Shown piece after piece: positions 45,456 to 57,500 of a stretch of 64,000 nucleotides of DNA. The number at the start of each line of letters is the position of its first letter. Position 1 is the first letter of the stretch. Made by a program: the position numbers and the translations under genes. Source of the stretch: Macrostomum lignano (lineage: Eukaryota); assembly GCA_002269645.1 (NCBI GenBank), contig NIVC01000939.1, forward strand, positions 124,001-188,000, in the 5' to 3' direction. Under the pieces are notes generated by a model. That model had not been told where the DNA came from. It saw only the letters and a program-made list of their open reading frames with translations, and made no database searches.

Positions 45456-47210
45456 ATGAAGCTCATAGTGCATAATGATGTGGCACAGGACTGTGAGCTG
45501 CATGGAGGAGGATATGAGCAACCCAAGTACACAGCTGAGAAAGTCACTGATGTATCAGTGATTAAAAGAGGCTGCGTGATCAGCAGAAGATCAGGCACAA
45601 GTCAGCCATACTCACATTATGTTGTGATTGCTGTTCATGATCAAAATGACAAAGAAATCGACCAAACGCATGACCGAAACAAGAAAATGAAGTTGACAGT
45701 TATGACATACGCGATCAAATTCAAAAGGTCATTTGATACTCAGTTTGAGATTGTGCAAATGCAACTTGACCTTGACAATGTAAACAAGGACGCAGTATAC
45801 TTGATAAAGTACCAAGCGATGGAGCGCACCCGCTGCTCACCTGATGAAGTTGTGAGCAGAGCATTGTCTCGTGAAGGCGAGCGCGAGCATGACATTGAGT
45901 TGAACAGCAGCCGAGACTTTGCCAGATGGTGCAGCATCAAGCATGCGAGTAACAGAGAGCAGTGCAGAGTGAGAGTTCATTCAGCTCAGCAGCTGCTGGA
46001 CTTTAACAGAGGGCACATTCGCTTCCCACGTTACAGTGTTGCCAATAAATCTGTGTATGATCATCATGCATTGATGTGTCACAGTGAAGCAGTGGCTGGT
46101 CACTGTGATCTGGTTCGTGTGACACTTTATGAGAATAACAGTGAGTTAAAGAGAGTGAGAGCAGAGAACTTGAGCATTCCAGCAGATCAAACTGTGACTA
46201 GATATATTTATGATGGAGCAGACTGTAACGATTTGAGTGACAGGTATGATTCTGTGATGGGTCTGACATTCATTGATGCAGCAAACAAAATGAGCAGTGC
46301 TGACTTCTGCTTTTGGTTGAGAACTGGAGGCAGCTTCAGTGACTTGTTGGCTATAAAAGATAAACGCAGGTCGAGGCCTGAATCACTGCAGGAGAGATTA
46401 GTCAAAGGAAATGATTTGAGGGACTCAGACCACATTAAACTTGTCAAAAAAATACACGGCAAAGAGCAGGAAGTACATTATGTTCTGACAAGCTGGGATC
46501 AACCGTCGCAGACTTGGAATGCAGTGACTTATGAGTTTGAGGAGGATCACAGTCTGCAGTTAGGAGTCAGGCGGGTCACGGGAGTTCTGCAAATCAATGA
46601 GAACAGCAAAGTTGATAAAGTCGTTCACAACCGGGAGATTGACTGGAACGAAGTTGAGAAGAAATTCAATGAGCTGCGTGGGATGCAGATCTACGATCTG
46701 AAATACTTCAACTGTGAGCATCTTGTGAATTATCTGACTCTGGGACGCAAGTATTCAAGGCAGTGGTACGATGCAATTAAGAATTCCGCTCGTGCTGGCA
46801 GCCGTTCCAATGAACTGATGGTGTTGACGGCCGTGATAAATCTTCTGACCAAACTATCGCCTGAAACAGAAGCCGCAGTTTCTTTTATTCCGGATATGGG
46901 CACTGTAATTTGTGAATCAATCGCCATTGCAATTGCTGTTGCTATGTTTATCATCAAGCTGATCAGAATAACTCGCAATTGTTCTCGCAACAGAATGTCT
47001 GACAATGAGTTTCGTGTTGAAAGGAAGAGAGCGATATTCCTGTTTGTAGCTGCAGTTGCTGGAGTGATTTCAACTGCTGTAGTGATGACTGCATCGCCTT
47101 ATTTCGTACTTGGCTTCCTCTCCAGTGCGCCGATCGCGGCTGCTCTTTGTCTTGGAGCAGCCGGCCTGTGTCGTGCGCCAGCTGCATACCGAATGATGAC
47201 TGAGCCTTGA
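45456..47210 (+). CDS. Intronless 584-aa protein with three tandem LRAT/NlpC-P60 (PLAAT/H-rev107-like) repeats and C-terminal hydrophobic helices
   Basis: Repeat 1 YSHY...PDEVVSRALSREGE...NSSRDFARWC; repeat 2 YDHHA...MSSADFCFWLRTG; repeat 3 DHIKL...HY...YDLKYFNCEHLVNYLTLG. Hydrophobic segments IAIAIAVAMFII and IFLFVAAVAGVISTAVVM. Confidence 0.75.
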   Translation: MKLIVHNDVAQDCELHGGGYEQPKYTAEKVTDVSVIKRGCVISRRSGTSQPYSHYVVIAVHDQNDKEIDQTHDRNKKMKLTVMTYAIKFKRSFDTQFEIVQMQLDLDNVNKDAVYLIKYQAMERTRCSPDEVVSRALSREGEREHDIELNSSRDFARWCSIKHASNREQCRVRVHSAQQLLDFNRGHIRFPRYSVANKSVYDHHALMCHSEAVAGHCDLVRVTLYENNSELKRVRAENLSIPADQTVTRYIYDGADCNDLSDRYDSVMGLTFIDAANKMSSADFCFWLRTGGSFSDLLAIKDKRRSRPESLQERLVKGNDLRDSDHIKLVKKIHGKEQEVHYVLTSWDQPSQTWNAVTYEFEEDHSLQLGVRRVTGVLQINENSKVDKVVHNREIDWNEVEKKFNELRGMQIYDLKYFNCEHLVNYLTLGRKYSRQWYDAIKNSARAGSRSNELMVLTAVINLLTKLSPETEAAVSFIPDMGTVICESIAIAIAVAMFIIKLIRITRNCSRNRMSDNEFRVERKRAIFLFVAAVAGVISTAVVMTASPYFVLGFLSSAPIAAALCLGAAGLCRAPAAYRMMTEP

Positions 47211-49109
47211 CTGACTGCATGTGCTACGAGCTACTGCTGTGCATCTCCTGCAACTGAATTTTGGTGACTGGAAGAGGGGGTGGCCGGGGACAGAAAAATG
47301 TGAGACAGCTATGCAGACCATTTCACTGACATTTTTTGTTAACTTCCAAATAATTAGTGATTGAGTTATTAGTGAATGGTAGGGTTAAATTAAGGGAACA
47401 GATCGACTTTATGCGAAATTTGCAATTTCTGAGAGCTGCTTATATCGCTTTTGAATAGAACATTTTTCAGCGTTAGAAGAATCTATCATCTTTGTTGGTT
47501 GTACCTAATTCATTAGTTACTATACGAGCGTAGTTACGAGTTACGTCCGAAGGGAGTTGACAGTGAGGTCTGGGAAACAATTTTTGATGTCGAATTTCAA
47601 TAAAAAAATTTCTCGATAAAAAAATTTAAAAAAATTCACATGTTTGGTCGCTTGATTTGTGTGCCAGGTGTCGAAATGCGTGGAAAACAAGGAATTTTAC
47701 AATGAAATCACAAAAACGGAAATTCGACAGCACTTTTGTATTCGAAAAAAGTAACTCTATAACGGTCCTTTTTAGGGAAAATGTAACCTGAATAAAGCAA
47801 CTGCTCTCTATGCAGCAAAAATATAATTACGTCAGAGTGATTAAAATCACAGGAAATTTATTGAATAATATTAGGATTTTTGTTTAAATGCGTCAATTTT
47901 TTTCTGCCCCCTACTGTCAGTGATGTACTTGTAATTGTATTTCATTGTATGCTCACCTCAAGGACTTCGGTGGTCTTTGGCTCACCTGCACCCCAGCCAC
48001 CCCATCCCGGCCCAATCATGTACGTTGCGATTGCTATCGATTGCTCAGCCCCCTGGCTTTATGCTTTATGATAATTTTGACCAATACAAGTTTTCTCTCG
48101 ACGCACGTAAATTATTGAATCTAAATACCCAATTCAATTAAGTACTTATAGAAGTACAATATTTTGTTTTTTGTAAATATCTCGAAAACTTTGCATATAA
48201 ACCTGCTATTGTGAAAATACTCTCATATATATAACGATTTACAAAATGACACCTTGCATGTACATGCACGGACTTTTTGAAAAATAGGGGAGCAGGAAGT
48301 TTTCAAAAATTGAAAAAATAAGGTAGCTCGTACATTTCGATTTTCTTAATTGAAGTTTAGGATGCCTATATTTCTGCAATGGTGGTAGCACATACATATA
48401 GCCACATGCTTGGTGTCATTTAGTAGAAAAAAAATTGCTGTATAATTAAAAGTAAAAACCTGAAAAATTTGTTTTTTTTTAAATTCGCCAATTTCGAAAA
48501 TAAAGAAAATATTATCAACGTCCTGACCCTATTTTGAACCTTTAATTTAATTCAATGTTACACATTTCCGAAACTCTTACTTTTATCGTGTCAATTACGT
48601 TCCAGTGTATACCAGAAAAGTGTTGTGTCGTGTAACTTGACCAACTTAATGATAAAATTGTTACGCGAATATTTCTACTATAAGTATGATGTAACGTAAA
48701 TGCAAACTATATATTAATATTATTCTTGTCTTTTACTTATACGGCCACTTTAAGTAGAGTAGTTGATAAATTATATTATCTGTATAATGTATTATTAATC
48801 ACGTGACATCTCTGGCTCTTTTATCGATTTTCGTTAAATTTATCGATCGTGCAGTTTTTCTAGTGCGTGGATAAAATATCGATTATGTAGTTTTCTTATA
48901 TGACTAAAATATAAATAAAAGCACTGGCGCACCTAGCACTTTACTTTGCAACTACAACTGGAAATTTCAAGTCTCGGCTACACAACAAGAAGCATGGAAA
49001 AGTTGAAATAAAATTTCTGTTCAATTTTTATTCTAGAAATCTACAAATTGTAGAATTTGTAAAATATTAAAAATGTAACGGAAACAAAATGCATCAACTG
49101 CTTTCACTT

Positions 49110-49560
49110 ACACAGCATTTCATCACACAGTGCACATTGACTTGCTAACGTTACCCGATGCTATCCACGCAGCTCAAAAGCCACGCTACGTGTAACTACT
49201 CATCATGGTAGATGCGTACACATGCTGGGTTGAGGCTGTGCCAAATTGCTGTCCATCACCATGTCAGCATAGCCGTTGTGAACCACTTGGTTTGCGCAGC
49301 TTTGGTCCACCGCTCACGTTGATCACAGAAAAAGGGGCCCAATTTTGTTCAAAGCTGATGGCCAATCTGGTGATTTCCTTCTTGGAGTCCACTACATACG
49401 CACATCCGCTAGCTGTTTAACCCCAAGGCCAACGGTATGATTGAGAGTACACCGTACTTTAAGAACCAGTTTAAGGGCTCGCGGTCATTGTTGGCTAACT
49501 CAGCTACAGCTATCGTCTTGTTCAGCCTGCAGATCAATCCGGACGACTATGGCTCCTCTC
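49110..49560 (+). mobile_element. Decayed Gypsy integrase fragment
   Basis: VHIDL, MVDAYTCWVEAVP, FGPPLTLITEKGAQF, ANGMIE, VHRTLRTSLRAR, with frameshifts. Confidence 0.8.
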
Positions 49561-50461
49561 CGTACATGTACATATGATGGCAGGTTACTTATCCAGCCGC
49601 TACATGTACATATGATGGCAGGTTACTTATCCAGCCGCTACATGTACATATGATGGCAGGAGGTTACTTATCCAGCCGCTACATGTACATATGATGGCAG
49701 GAGGTTACTTATCCAGCCGCTACATGTACATATGATGGCAGGTTACTTATCCAGCCGCTACATGTACATATGATGGCAGGAGGTTACTTATCCAGCCGCT
49801 ACATGTACATATGATGGCAGGTTACTTATCCAGCCGCTACATGTACATATGATGGCAGGAGGTTACTTATCCAGCCAATACATGTACATATGATGGCAGG
49901 AGGTTACTTATCCAGCCGCTACATGTACATATGATGGCAGGTTACTTATCCAGCCGCTACATGTACATATGATGGCAGGAGGTTACTTATCCAGCCGCTA
50001 CATGTACATATGATGGCAGGAGGTTACTTATCCAGCCGCTACATGTACATATGATGGCAGAGGTTACTTATCCAGCCGCTACATGTACATATGATGGCAG
50101 GAGGTTACTTATCCAGCCGCTACATGTACATATGATGGCAGGAGGTTACTTATCCAGCCGCTACATGTACATATGATGGCAGGTTACTTATCCAGCCGCT
50201 ACATTTACATATGATGGCAGGAGGTTACTTATCCAGCCAATACATGTACATATGATGGCAGGAGGTTACTTATCCAGCCGCTACATGTACATATGATGGC
50301 AGGTTACTTATCCAGCCGCTACATGTACATATGATGGCAGGAGGTTACTTATCCAGCCGCTACATGTACATATGATGGCAGGAGGTTACTTATCCAGCCG
50401 CTACATGTACATATGATGGCAGGAGGTTACTTATCCAGCCGCTACATGTACATGGGAATGA
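49557..50461. repeat. 38/41-bp minisatellite (GGTTACTTATCCAGCCGCTACATGTACATATGATGGCA with or without GGA)
   Basis: About 22 tandem units with a palindromic TACATGTA core and no spacers. Confidence 0.95.
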
Positions 50462-50664
50462 CATTGCTCAGTAGTCCAGCAGATATCGAACACTACAAGA
50501 CTGTCAAAGACAAAAGCGAAGGCCTTCTGGCATGTCAGTAGCAGTTTTGCGTATCTTCAGCAATTTTTTTTGGAAAGTTTATGAAATCGGGAAAATCAGG
50601 AATTGCACCGCAAAATTTATTTACACAAATTTATTTAGAAGCGGGCAGTCGCACCGAGCGCCCG

Positions 50665-52861
50665 TCAATCGTGCAGCGCCGCGATCACCAGGTCCATGAC
50701 GTTCGTGCCCGTCAGCCCCGGCTGGAACAGCGCCGGCGGCTCGCCGCCCGCTTCGGCCAGCAGCGAGTGCGAATCGAAACCGACCAGGGCGGCCCGGCAG
50801 CGGCCCTCGCCCAGCCAGGCGGCCGCTCTCGGCCAGGTGTCCGAGTCCACCAGACCGCCAGCCGCCTCGGTCGGACCATCGATGCCGTCGGTGCCCGCTG
50901 CCAGCACGGTGGGTCGCCAGCGGCGTCCTCCGACGGTCTCTGCCGGCCAGCGGCCGAGCCGCTCAGCCAGCAGCAGCGCCAGGTGGCCGGCGCGGCCGCC
51001 GACGCCGATGACGCCGTTCGGAGCGCTGGTTGTGTTGACGGTCGGCTCGCCTCCGGCCAGCAGGGCGACGCCGCCGGAGCCACCGGCAGCGCGCCAGATA
51101 GCGACGGCCTCGGCCAGCTTTGCCGCATCGCCTTCGCCTAGGCTGGGGAAGTCGGCGATGTCGGCGGTGTCAGCGGCGTCGGCGCGGAGCATCAGGCGGA
51201 GCAGCGAGGCCAGCCAGGCGTGGACCCGCTCCGCCACGGCGGACACGTCACCAGTCAGATCGGTTGTCATGACAACGGCCGCAAGGAAGCGGGGCCCTGG
51301 CGTACCGGCGTCGAGCAGCCGAAGTCGCGTGGCCTCCAGCGCCGTCCGGTTGTTGCCGACGATGAAATTCGCCACCGCCGACGCTGCCACAGGCGCCGGA
51401 GCCGCAGCCTCATCAGCCCGCAGCAGCTTCAGTGCAGTTGGCGGCAGCCGGGCGTCGACGCCCCGCAGACGCGCAGTCTCCATGGCGGCCTGCAGAGCCG
51501 CGGCGGCCGCAGCCGAAGCCACCGGCACCGTGGGCCCGCTGGCGATCACCTCAAGCGGGTCGCCGACAACGTCGGAGAGGACAAGGCCGGCCAGCTGGCA
51601 GCCGCGCGCGCGGCACCGGAGCGCCAGACCGCCGGCCTTCACGGCGTCCAAGCGGGCGCGGACGGCGTTGAGCTCCGCGATGGAGAAGCCGGCAGTGGAC
51701 AGCGCCCGGGTGGCGGCCCGGTAGTCCGGCAGCGGCAGGCGGGGCCAGGCCAGCAGGGCGCTGCCGCCGCCGGTCACCATGGCAACCAGGAGGTCGCCGG
51801 GGCCGAGGCTGTCAATCAAGTCGGACACGGCCCGGCTGCCCGTCAGCACCGTCTCGTCTGGCAGGTTGTCGCGGGGACCCTCGAACACCTGCGGGTTGGC
51901 GCGGCCAGGTGCTCAGAACTTACCTTGGGCTTTATCGGTTTAATACGGCCGATATTTTCTGCCCGTCAGCTACATGCAGATTAAAGTGGGATCGAACCCC
52001 GGGTGATCTGCCAGGACCGGTGTCTGTCTCACCAGACTTCATCAGCTGACCAAGGCTCGGCTCCACCCATTAGCTAAACAGAAATTACACTCTGCGACAA
52101 TTCTGTCCGCCCTACAAGCTTTCCGCGCCACATTCTCTACTTTCTACTTATCAGTAGACGAACCGGCTCTGATAACTAATTGGATATCTGAATCTCGTGA
52201 CACCTCAGTCACCCTGGCGCAACGCCCTCTCTCAATCAGCGCAGATGCAATTCTGCCCAATTCTGCTCATTCCACTGACTCCTGAGCACAATACAAGCGG
52301 GACAATGCTGTACTCAGGCACGCACTCATACACACGCACACACATGGTGTACAGCGGCATTGACTTTCTAATCGGCAGACATGTACACTCTGGGCCTTGG
52401 GGGTTGGCCTCATGGAAGTGAATCGCATGACAACCCGGCCAACCAAGCGTCAGACGCACCTGAATGCGGCTCGCCAGGCCGCTCTCATCCGGCAGACGAA
52501 AGCCCAACCCGGCGCTCCGTTCAGCGCGCGTCGGCGCTGGCGCCAGCACGACGCCACCGAGAAAGCGCCGGCCGAGGCGCGCCAGCGGCAGTCCGCACGC
52601 CATCCCGCCGGCAGCCTTGCCAAAGGCCACAAAGCCGACGCCGCCTGCGACGTCAAAGTCGCGACATTCGCCGGCGCTGCTGCGGATCCGCAGGCGCAAA
52701 ACTTCTCCATCCTGGACGTCGCTAAGCAGCTCGATGGAGCGGCGCGCCAGCGACTCCGGGTCCACGGCGGCCACACCGGCTGCGAAGGCGTCGCAGAGGC
52801 GGCTGCCCACTGTGGAGGCTGCGGCGGTGGACATCCGGCTGAGGCCGCTAATTCGAAGCAC
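50665..52861 (-). CDS. GLYCTK: Glycerate kinase (MOFRL family), about 541 aa: complement(join(50665..51888,52460..52861))
   Basis: FGKAAGGM, FEG...NLPD, VTGGGSALL, ELNAVRARLDAVKAGGL, LSDVVGDPLEVIASGPT, GGEPTV, LAAGTDGIDGPTEAAGG, GLTGTNVMDL. Phase-0 intron 51889-52459 with GT-AG ends. Confidence 0.92.
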
Positions 52862-53244
52862 GGCTGCTGCGGCTGTGAGCTGCAGGAGAATTGGGTCGGA
52901 CAGCTGTCACGTGACTTGGCTCTATCTAGCTCGTAATAGCATCCTGGGACATCTGGGCTACCGGAATGCTCAATCAGCTGTCTTATCAACAGACGAAATG
53001 AAAAGCCACAGATACTACTAACGAGGTGAAGAATCGATGAGTAGTATGCTGCTGACCACATTACTACATGTAGAATTTAAAATCTAATTTTAATCTGAAA
53101 AAAACTGGTTGAACGCATGCTTATGCAACTTTATTTTTACTGCTGGTTTACAAATTTTAATGCAGAGCAAAGTTTGAGCTATTATTTCTTATCAATTTAC
53201 CGAGCAATTCGCAAATCAAGAATTTTTGCTTTTAAAGTGTCCCA

Positions 53245-53990
53245 CGGGTGAAGTGTCCCAGTCTGAGGACAATGGCGGGTGAAGTGTCCCAGTCTGAGGA
53301 CAATGGCGGGTGAAGTGTCCCAGTCTGAGGACAATGGCGGGTGAAGTGTCCCAGTCTGAGGACAATGGCGGGTGAAGTGTCCCAGTCTGAGGACAATGGC
53401 GGGTGAAGTGTCCCAGTCTGAGGACAATGGCGGGTGAAGTGTCCCAGTCTGAGGACAATGGCGGGTGAAGTGTCCCAGTCTGAGGACAATGGCGGGTGAA
53501 GTGTCCCAGTCTGAGGACAATGGCGGGTGAAGTGTCCCAGTCTGAGGACCAATGGCGGGTGAAGTGTCCCAGTCTGAGGACCAATGGCGGGTGAAGTGTC
53601 CCAGTCTGAGGATCAATGGCGGGTGAAGTGTCCCAGTCTGAGGATCAATGGCGGGTGAAGTGTCCCAGTCTGAGGATCAATGGCGGGTGAAGTGTCTCAA
53701 TCTGAGGACCAATGGCGGGTGAAGTGTCCCAGTCTGAGGACCAATGGCGGGTGAAGTGTCCCAGTCTGAGGACCAATGGCGGGTGAAGTGTCTCAGTCTG
53801 AGGACCAATGGCGGGTGAAGTGTCCCAGTCTGAGGACCAATGGCGGGTGAAGTGTCCCAGTCTGAGGACCAATGGCGGGTGAAGTGTCCCAGTCTGAGGA
53901 CCAATGGCGGGTGAAGTGTCCCAGTCTGAGGACAATGGCGGGTGAAGTGTCCCAGTCTGAGGACCAATGGCGGGTGAAGTGTCCCAGCAT
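53245..53990. repeat. 31/32-bp minisatellite (GGGTGAAGTGTCCCAGTCTGAGGACAATGGC)
   Basis: About 23 tandem units between GLYCTK and GMF. Confidence 0.95.
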
Positions 53991-54570
53991 TGACTACTTA
54001 GTAATTCCAGAGAAAGGTCCTAAGCAACATAAATAAAGGCAGAGGAAAGCAGAGCAGGTATTTCTCTTGCACAGGACATCTCGAGTTGCTGATGGAAGCA
54101 AAACAGCACAAATTGATTTATTGTCAATTAGAAAAATCAGGTATGCAGTTGTCATCGGCTTGCCATGAATAAAAATTGATTGATTATTCGGAAAGATCAG
54201 GTTTAATAGATTAAACGGCTAAAATTAGACAGGCACAAATATGACCAAGTCTGTATAACCATGGATTTATTAAAATTTACATGCTAAAGAAATAACGAAG
54301 CAGGAATACATGAGAAGCGATTTCATCCAAAGCCTTCCCAGGTGGGAGCATAATTAGCAGAATTCTGTTGCAGACTTTGAAATTGCTGGGGTGGCATCCA
54401 GGGCGATAAGCTGAGCATAAACTGAAATCTCAGGTCAATCAAAGCATGCAGAAAGCAGTTATTGGCATAAATATGAATAAAATTTCTAGCCTAAAAACAG
54501 CTCGAACACACCAAGCAAGTTCCAGTGGAGACAGGCAGGACATCCGGCAGCTACAAAACACAGACCGAAG

Positions 54571-57500
54571 TCACCGGTAGAACTCCAGCTTCTGCTGCAG
54601 CCATTCCTCGTCCAGTTCGTCCGTGCTGCGAATTTCGAACACCTTGGTGAGGCCGACCACATCAATGACGGTCTTGATGGTGCCGGTGTACAGCACCTGC
54701 AGCTCCGGGTTGCTGTCACGCGGGGTGCTGAAGATGAACATCAGCGGGTAGGTGACCCGGCCGTCAGGGTACGAGTGCACGTAGCTCAGCAGCAGGTAGC
54801 GCGGCTGGTGCTCGGACAGCTCCTCCACAATGTCCTCGATGCTGCAGTCCTGAACCTCGGTCTCCACGCAGACCTCCATCTTCTCGCGGTCGATTTTCAG
54901 CACAATGGCGGCCACATTTTTCTCCTTGCGCAGTCGGAATTTCTTCAGCTTCTGCTGCAGCTCGTCGGGCAGGCTGCACATGTAGCCCGAAGATGCGCCG
55001 GATTTGCCCGCCTGCAAGGTCCGGGGTTCGAGTCCTAGAACATTAAATTGTAATCAAACTGGCAATTGTTTTCTCAATTTCTCTGTAATGTATAATTTTC
55101 CCTTTTCCAGTGAATATTTACTGTTTATTATATTTTCATTTGTAAAAAATAGTTTTTATTCAAATTGACATTTTGCATGCACATTGGCAAGTCATGGTTG
55201 TCTGTGACATAATTAATGTTTTGGCAAATTCAAAAAGGTAGAAGTATAATATATGTAGCATATATTGCAACTATAGGAGTTTTTGGCTTTCAAGACATTG
55301 TGATTTAAAAAAACAAATTCAGAAGCTACAATTTAGACAAAGAATAGATAATCTAAGATTATTGAAGCAAGTAATTAAAGTTATTCATTGCAAATTTAGA
55401 AATCATCATATAATAAAATAGGTAAAAAATAAAGCATATATTAGTAATATCTTTGTGACACCATATCAATAATGACCTAAGTAGCTTATATAGCAATTGG
55501 CTTGCCAACTTAACTTGCCAATGAGACATGCCAGGCTTTCTATATCAGGTCACAGCTGAAATTAAAACCTATACCATATAGCAGAGATGGAATAAATATT
55601 TGGTTTTCATATTTGGTATTTAGAAAGTAGGTTATTTTTTGCTATTCAATTTATTATTGGATTCATTTAAATTTTTAACAAATATAAGAATAAAACAAAA
55701 GCAACTCCAATATATTAAATATTTAAGTTTGTATAAGAAAAAATATTAATATATTAGTATTAGATTTGCTAGATGGCATCTACAAATGGGCTAGTGAGTT
55801 AGTTTAATAGTGAGATAGTGCACTTTTTCTATAATACTGTATATTCTTCACATTATGCTTATGGAAAATTATTTAGCTATAGATATACCTATGTATAGGC
55901 TTCATACATATATAACTGCTGGCTAACCTAGCCAATCTAAATTGTGGTAGACCAGGGATAAGTTGCAAGAATGCCCAAGATCCAAAAGAATAAAGACATA
56001 GTACTAATTAGATGATGAGGCATTTAGCCTTGATAACACAGTTATAGTTACTCCTCCTGTTTACCTAGGAATTTTGCTTTAGGGTTCTTTTCTCAGGTAA
56101 GTTGGATTTTTTGTCAAAAAGTAAATTGCATAGTCAGTGTAAATCAGGGGAGTTGAGCATATATGATAGGCTTACTATGCTAGCTATAGTCCAGATATAC
56201 TAGACTCTGGATAATATACATGTACACCATAAAATTCTGGCATGCAAAGACTTTCAGTACATCATTGGTGTACAACTTAGCATATAGAAGGGCCTGGCAT
56301 GCCCTCTTGGCATACAGCTTGGCTATAGAGCTGTAGGCTATACAGTAGGCTGTAGCTATAGGCTAGCTTGGCTATAGGTGATAGAGATTGCCAAGACAAT
56401 AGAGGGGACCAGTTTTATGAGTCCCAATCAAATGTACTAGTGCTATGCCTTTATAATAGTATACTCGAATGTTCTTTCAATAACTGTATATTCGAATCTT
56501 TCTTAGCAATTGAATCTACGCGAAACGCTAAATAATAGTTAGTTTTAATGTGCAAAATAAATTGGGGAATTATTTTTTGTTTTAATCATATGGGAGGGAA
56601 ACCACTATATATAGGAGCGGTTTTGCGGCAAATATACTCCAACTGTCTTTTACCTGTGAGCAATATTGCGAACAAAATAAGCAGTTCAATTTAAACCTTT
56701 CAAAGTCTTCCGAGTTGAATAAGTGACTTATTTATTTGCAAAGTCTGAGAAACGATTCCAAGAGATCTGCTAAGAAAAGGGAATCGGGGGATAATTCGCA
56801 GAAGTATTAAGAGAGGCACCGTGACCCTCTAGTCTCGGTAACGCCCAATTAGGACTATTCACTAATACATATACCAGTACTAGACCGCTCAGGCCATAAG
56901 CTACCAGAATGCTACCAGAAGGCAGGCTATAAGCTACCAGAACGCTACCAGAAAGCAGGCCATAAGCTACCAGAACGCTACCAGAAACACTACTAAGAAC
57001 GCTACCCAGAAATACCCAGAAATTTGCCTACCCAGAAATTTAAATGAAATTCCAAGAAATAGTTAGGGAGTAAAAACAAGTATTATCAGGATAACTGTAG
57101 TTGGCAAACAGGAATAACCCCTGTTACAACTTGGTGGCAATAGAGGGATAATTTGTAGGGACAGAAGTAAGCCCTGCAATACAAAGAACACAGTTAGCTT
57201 ACAAAAATGATTGTTTATATTAGGCATATTCTACTCTCCAAGTACATAGTTAGAAGAGCTAAATTTTGATAAAAAAAAGAATAGCTCCTGGCCCTTTTAA
57301 AATGGTAAACAAATTAAAAAGTTATGGTAAACTTTTCTAAGAAATTAAAAGTGAAACAAAAATATATAAAATAAACTAAGCCTAGTTCTTTACAGCTCAG
57401 TAAAAATGTACCAGTTTTCTAGTAATAATTTTCTTAAATATAAGAATTTTGCAAGCAAAAAATATGAATTGTAATTTGTAATTTTTTTATTTTGGCATAT

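Noticed and set aside
47751-47769. GTAACTCTATAACGGTCCT resembling the I-CeuI site / bacterial 23S rRNA
   Set aside because: Only a 13-nt exact core with no flanking rRNA similarity; probably chance.
49557-50461. CRISPR-like array (about 38-bp repeats with a palindromic core)
   Set aside because: Units are contiguous with no unique spacers, there are no cas genes, and the context is eukaryotic. The same applies to all other arrays here.
50581-53061. Overlapping long ORFs antisense or out of frame to GLYCTK (and likewise over GFM1, the lipase and the GPCR)
   Set aside because: Expected shadow ORFs of very GC-rich exons, with no recognisable motifs.
51984-55035. tRNA genes at the GGTTCGA motifs (about 51984-52000 and 55023-55035)
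   Set aside because: Only T-arm-like fragments; no A-box, acceptor stem or cloverleaf could be built.
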